The notes beneath the pieces were generated by a model that worked only from the letters and a program-made list of their open reading frames with translations, was not told where the DNA came from and did no database searches. This document shows positions 60,148 to 64,000 of a DNA stretch of 64,000 bases, in pieces. The stretch is taken from contig CBDCSU010000004.1 of the NCBI GenBank assembly GCA_965221775.1, positions 384,001 to 448,000 of the forward strand, in the 5' to 3' direction. A program made the translations under genes and the position numbers. This stretch comes from Candidatus Latescibacterota bacterium. GTDB taxonomy: Bacteria; Latescibacterota; UBA2968; UBA8231. Position 1 is the first letter of the stretch; each line of letters starts with the position of its first letter.

Positions 60148-62388
60148 TCAGCGCGACCGGCGCTTCCCGGCCCGGCCCCCGCCCCTTCGAGCCGACCGGA
60201 GTCCCTGGCGCGCCGCCCGGGCGGAGGCGCGGCGATCGCCGCGGCCCCCCGGGCGCGCCTCACGCGTGCGCTTCGACCTCCCGTCCCCACGGACATCGAG
60301 AACCTGGAGGTCCATCCGCCGCGAGGAGGGCTCGACCCGCTCCACCCGTACCCGCACGGACGTGCCGATGCCGAGGACGAGGCCGGTGCGGCGCCCCCGC
60401 AGTCGGTGGCGCAACTCGTCGAACTCGAAGTCGTCGCCGGGGAGCAGGCGCCGGGGGCAGAACCCCTCCACCAGCCACTTGTCCAGCTCGATGAATAGGC
60501 CGGCGCCCACCACCCCCGACACGATCCCGTCCACCTCCTCCCCCAGGCGCCGGGCCATGAACCGCAACTGCTTGATCCGCCTGTAGTCGCGCTCGGCCGC
60601 CTCCGCCCTCCGTTCGCAGTGACTGGTCCACTCGCCGAGCCACTCCAGGTCCTCCGCGTGCGGCGCCTCGGCCTCGAGGAGATGGTCTTTCAGGAGGCGG
60701 TGGACGAGCAGGTCGGGATAACGGCGGATCGGAGAGGTGAAGTGGAGGTAGGGCTCAACGGCGAGCCCGAAGTGGGCGCTGGAGGAGGCGGCGTATCGAG
60801 CCCGCATCATGGAGCGCAGCATCAACTGGCCGAGGAGCCCGGAGTCGCGACGACCCCGCAGGGCCTCCAGGGTGTGCTGCAGTTGAGCACTGCTTACGGA
60901 TCCCGAAGGAGGCAGCCGGCGGCCGAGGGATCCGGCCAGCGTGCGGAAGCGTTCGAGCTTCTCCGGGTCCGGTGGATCGTGGACCCTGTAGAGAACGGGA
61001 AGACCGGCGTCGAGAGCCCTCGAGGCGACGGCCTCGTTGGCGGCCAGCATGCACTCCTCGACGAGCCGGTGGCTGCGCCCTCGAAGACCACGGGCGAGGC
61101 GGACCGGCACGCCGTCGCCGCCGACCTCGACGACCGCTTCGGGGAGGTCGAAGTCGATGGCTCCGCGATCCAGCCGCCGCGCCCGCAGGCGCTCCGCGAG
61201 GTCGCACATCTCCCTCAGGAGATCCCGATGGCCAGCGGCGCAACCGGCTGCGGGGCCGTCCTCGAGGGCGGGCTCGACCTCGGCATAGGTCAACCGTGCT
61301 GCCGACCGGACCACCGACAGATGGAAGCGGCTCTCGAGAACCCTCCCGGCTCCATCGATGTCGAGGAACACGCTGACGGCGAGCCTGTCCTTCCCCGGAG
61401 CCAGGCTGCAGAGGCCGGTGGCCACTCCCGAGGGAAGCATGTGGATGACCCGGTCGAGGAGGTAGACGGAGCTTCCCCGCTCCCGGGCCTGCCCGTCGAT
61501 GGCGCCGCCCCGAGGGACGTAGTGGGCCACGTCTGCGATGTGTACACCGAGACGCTGGCAACCATCGGGAAGGGGCTCGAGGGAGAGGGCGTCGTCATAG
61601 TCCCGCGCCTCCTCCGGGTCCACCGTCAGGACCGTCAGGTCCCGGAGGTCGAGGCGCCGCTCCAGCTCCCGCTCGCGATCCACCCCGGCATCCGCCAACA
61701 GTGCCCCCGCCTCGGCCTCGGCCCGGGGATCCGCCGCGGTCGGGATCCCGTGGGCGGCGGTGGCGGCCTCGAGGTCGTGGCGGGGATCTTCGGGGCTGCC
61801 GATCACACGGTCGAGGCGGCCCCGGACCGGCGGCCCCGCCGCGGCCTCCACCTCCACCACGACGAGATCACCCTCCCCCGGGGGATCGGCCGTGGCTTCG
61901 TCGAGATGGATCAGGGAGTCGGCGGTGGCGACCGCGCCGTGGCGGCCACGGCGGCGGTAGGTCCCCACCCTCGGGTGCGGAGCCGCCGCACGGGTGCCGG
62001 CGATGCGCCCACGGGGCCGCTTGCCCCCCTGGCCTGCCTCGGTGATCTCCACCTCCACCCAGTCCCCATCGACTGCACCGGACAGGGCCTCGGCGGAGAC
62101 GAAGAGATCGGGCTGACCGCTGCGGGACACGAGGCCGAAACCCCGCGCATGGATGGAGAGGCGCCCCCAGGACCTTCGGGTGGAGGCGGCCAGGACATAG
62201 CGCTGCCGACCGGCGCGCCTGACCTCGCCCCTCTCCTCCAGATCCCGCATGACCCCCCGGAAGAACCGGTACTCGTGCCTTCCCACGCCGAGGCGCCGGG
62301 CGAGGTCCTTCAGCTTGGCGGGCCGGTAGTCGTCACCCGAGAGGTGCGAGAGGATCTGTTCACGGAGACGAATCTCGGGGGAGGGCAT
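60148..62388 (-). CDS. rnr: ribonuclease R
   Basis: N-terminal HTH and CSD, TVDP..ARDYDDALS, HIADV, HFGLA..Y.HFTSPIRRYPDL, S1 domain, basic tail. Confidence 0.95.
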   Translation of the reverse strand: MPSPEIRLREQILSHLSGDDYRPAKLKDLARRLGVGRHEYRFFRGVMRDLEERGEVRRAGRQRYVLAASTRRSWGRLSIHARGFGLVSRSGQPDLFVSAEALSGAVDGDWVEVEITEAGQGGKRPRGRIAGTRAAAPHPRVGTYRRRGRHGAVATADSLIHLDEATADPPGEGDLVVVEVEAAAGPPVRGRLDRVIGSPEDPRHDLEAATAAHGIPTAADPRAEAEAGALLADAGVDRERELERRLDLRDLTVLTVDPEEARDYDDALSLEPLPDGCQRLGVHIADVAHYVPRGGAIDGQARERGSSVYLLDRVIHMLPSGVATGLCSLAPGKDRLAVSVFLDIDGAGRVLESRFHLSVVRSAARLTYAEVEPALEDGPAAGCAAGHRDLLREMCDLAERLRARRLDRGAIDFDLPEAVVEVGGDGVPVRLARGLRGRSHRLVEECMLAANEAVASRALDAGLPVLYRVHDPPDPEKLERFRTLAGSLGRRLPPSGSVSSAQLQHTLEALRGRRDSGLLGQLMLRSMMRARYAASSSAHFGLAVEPYLHFTSPIRRYPDLLVHRLLKDHLLEAEAPHAEDLEWLGEWTSHCERRAEAAERDYRRIKQLRFMARRLGEEVDGIVSGVVGAGLFIELDKWLVEGFCPRRLLPGDDFEFDELRHRLRGRRTGLVLGIGTSVRVRVERVEPSSRRMDLQVLDVRGDGRSKRTREARPGGRGDRRASARAARQGLRSARRGGGRAGKRRSR

Positions 62389-62401
62389 CACCAGACACGG
62401 C

Positions 62402-62437
62402 AAAAGAAGAGGGCGCCCCGGACCGGCCGGGTCACCC
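62402..62437 (-). terminator. possible intrinsic terminator between the lipoprotein gene and rnr
   Basis: Minus strand GGGTGACCCGG-CCGGT-CCGGGGCGCCC hairpin followed by TCTTCTTTT. Confidence 0.35.
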
Positions 62438-62473
62438 TCCAAGTGAGCTCGCCGAGGTCGCCGCGACCGGCCT

Positions 62474-62935
62474 TCAGTCCTGGCCGGGCCAGGCCAGGCC
62501 GGTCTCCCCGGGACGGTCTGCCTCCGCCCAGAGCTTGTCCAGGTTGTTCACGTGCACCACGTAGCCCTCCTCGACCAGGTCGATCTGGCGCAGCCCGCTG
62601 ATTGTGAAGGTCGGGAAGTCCGGCTCCACAAGCTTGGTCAGCGAGGATTGGAGATCCCGCTTCAAGGCGTTGTGTCCCGCCTTGATGAACTTGTCCCTCG
62701 TGTGCCCGAAACCTTCCATGTCGGCCAGGTAGGCCTCGATCGTCTCCCGCAGCCCGGCCGCCTTGCTCGGCTGGTCCGACTTCAGATAGAAACGGTACTC
62801 AACGAGCTTCTGGTTGTATTGGTCCATCTGCTTCAGCTGCTCGACGTACGGTCCCAACTCGTCCACTTCCTCGCCGCACCCCGCCACGGCGAAGGCTACC
62901 AGGAACACCCTTGCTGCTGCGCCTGCGCAACTCAT
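62474..62935 (-). CDS. hypothetical lipoprotein
   Basis: ATG 62935; signal with VAGC lipobox; helical mature domain with host-like codon usage. Confidence 0.7.
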   Translation of the reverse strand: MSCAGAAARVFLVAFAVAGCGEEVDELGPYVEQLKQMDQYNQKLVEYRFYLKSDQPSKAAGLRETIEAYLADMEGFGHTRDKFIKAGHNALKRDLQSSLTKLVEPDFPTFTISGLRQIDLVEEGYVVHVNNLDKLWAEADRPGETGLAWPGQD

Positions 62936-63114
62936 CTCTCGCCCCCTTCGGGTGGTTGCCTCGCCGGAAGCACCGGCCGACCCAGTCGAAGCCGGAGCCT
63001 CTGGACCTGCCAGGTCCACGGTGGAGAAACAGGACAGTTCCCCTGGACCCGTCAAGGGAGACGGGCTCAGGGGGAGGACCGGCGAGTCCGCATGACGGAC
63101 CGGCCCCCATGTCA

Positions 63115-63888
63115 TCACTCCCGGAGTTGGCAGAGGATGTCCTCTCGGAGTCGGCCATTCGTCGACACGCCGTCCCCGCCGTGGATCGTGGGTTGGCCAC
63201 GCCAGTCGGTGAAGGAGCCGCCCGCCTCCGCCAGAATCACCGGAAGGGGCCCGCAGTCCCAGGGACTGATGATGGGATCCAGCATCGCCTCGGCGCGTCC
63301 CGTGGCCACGAGGACATGTCCGTAGCAGTCCCCCCACCCCCTCTCGAGGCGGGCCCGGCTTGCGAGGGCTTCCCAAGGGCCCTGACGGCCGCCCTCGGCG
63401 AAGCTCCGGGCGGAGGTGTAGCAGATCGATGCATCGGACAGTCGGCCCACCGCCGAGACCCGGGCGCGGCGCCCGTTCCAGAAGCAGCCCTCGCCCCTGG
63501 AGGCGCACACCATCTCGTCCAGGGCGGGAAGGTATACGGCCCCCGCCAGGCAGGTGTCGCGGGGCCCCTCCAGCCCGATCAGAACCCCGAAGAGAGGCAC
63601 CCCTGAGACGAAGGATTTCGTGCCGTCGATGGGGTCCACGTACCACGTTCGACCCGACCTGGACTCGACGGGGTCGAACTCCTCGCCCACGATCCCGTCG
63701 TCGGGGTACGAGGCCTGGAGCCCCTGACGGATGATCGCCTCCGCCTCCCGGTCCGCCGCGGTCACCGGGGACTCGTCCTCCTTGAGCTCGGCCACGACGC
63801 CGGTCTGGTAGTGCCGCAAGGTCAACCGCCCCGCCCTCCAGGCGAGGTCGACGGCCACCTCCATCTCCGGGCGCCAGCTCCCGCTCAT
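63115..63888 (-). CDS. hisN: histidinol-phosphatase, inositol monophosphatase family
   Basis: K.DESPVT.ADR.AE, GEE, W.VDPIDGTKSF..GVPL, WGDCYG..LVA.G, WD. Confidence 0.85.
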   Translation of the reverse strand: MSGSWRPEMEVAVDLAWRAGRLTLRHYQTGVVAELKEDESPVTAADREAEAIIRQGLQASYPDDGIVGEEFDPVESRSGRTWYVDPIDGTKSFVSGVPLFGVLIGLEGPRDTCLAGAVYLPALDEMVCASRGEGCFWNGRRARVSAVGRLSDASICYTSARSFAEGGRQGPWEALASRARLERGWGDCYGHVLVATGRAEAMLDPIISPWDCGPLPVILAEAGGSFTDWRGQPTIHGGDGVSTNGRLREDILCQLRE

Positions 63889-63928
63889 GGCCGCGCCGGG
63901 AAGACCACCTTCGTCCAGATCTCCGGGG

Positions 63929-64000
63929 TCATGGCCTCTCTTCCCTCCATCCTTCCTCGCCCGCGGTCTGAGCGGAGGCCAGGACCGCCCGGACGCGGTT
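63929..64000 (-). CDS. probable 3' end of a gene entering from beyond the window
   Basis: Frame reads NRVRAVLASAQTAGEEGWREERP*; too short to identify. Confidence 0.3.
   Translation of the reverse strand, partial: NRVRAVLASAQTAGEEGWREERP

Overview
High-GC bacterial chromosomal segment with about 61 mostly housekeeping genes. The gene mix (hprK, ymfF/ymfH, thiT, rqcH, a PVM-type BMC aldolase, plant-type thrC) suggests an FCB-adjacent lineage such as Latescibacterota or Gemmatimonadota; this is inference only. The + strand block infB-DUF503-rbfA-truB-riboflavin kinase-rpsO-pnp-asnS-leuS (1-9615) converges on a long, mostly minus-strand run (mutL ... hisN; 46 of 52 genes). At the convergence point sits a lone tyrosine recombinase gene with three dif-like 11-6-11 sites (9667-9694, 10787-10818, 10922-10949). 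The middle site is a perfect 13-bp inverted repeat and the two outer sites share a GACACATAA arm. This is the best candidate for an undescribed system. Other notable items: FAD synthesis apparently split between a kinase-only RibF and an archaeal RibL-like enzyme; two Prs paralogues, one lacking catalytic residues; an adjacent plant-type ThrC and cystathionine gamma-synthase pair; a satellite microcompartment locus; a ClpP with Asp->Ser in the triad; an FtsH-N-terminus/SHOCT protein; an AI-2E transporter with an inserted Ig-like domain; and an extended cold-shock protein. I recognised no rRNA, tRNA, CRISPR array or IS element. All family calls are by motif recognition, without database searches.
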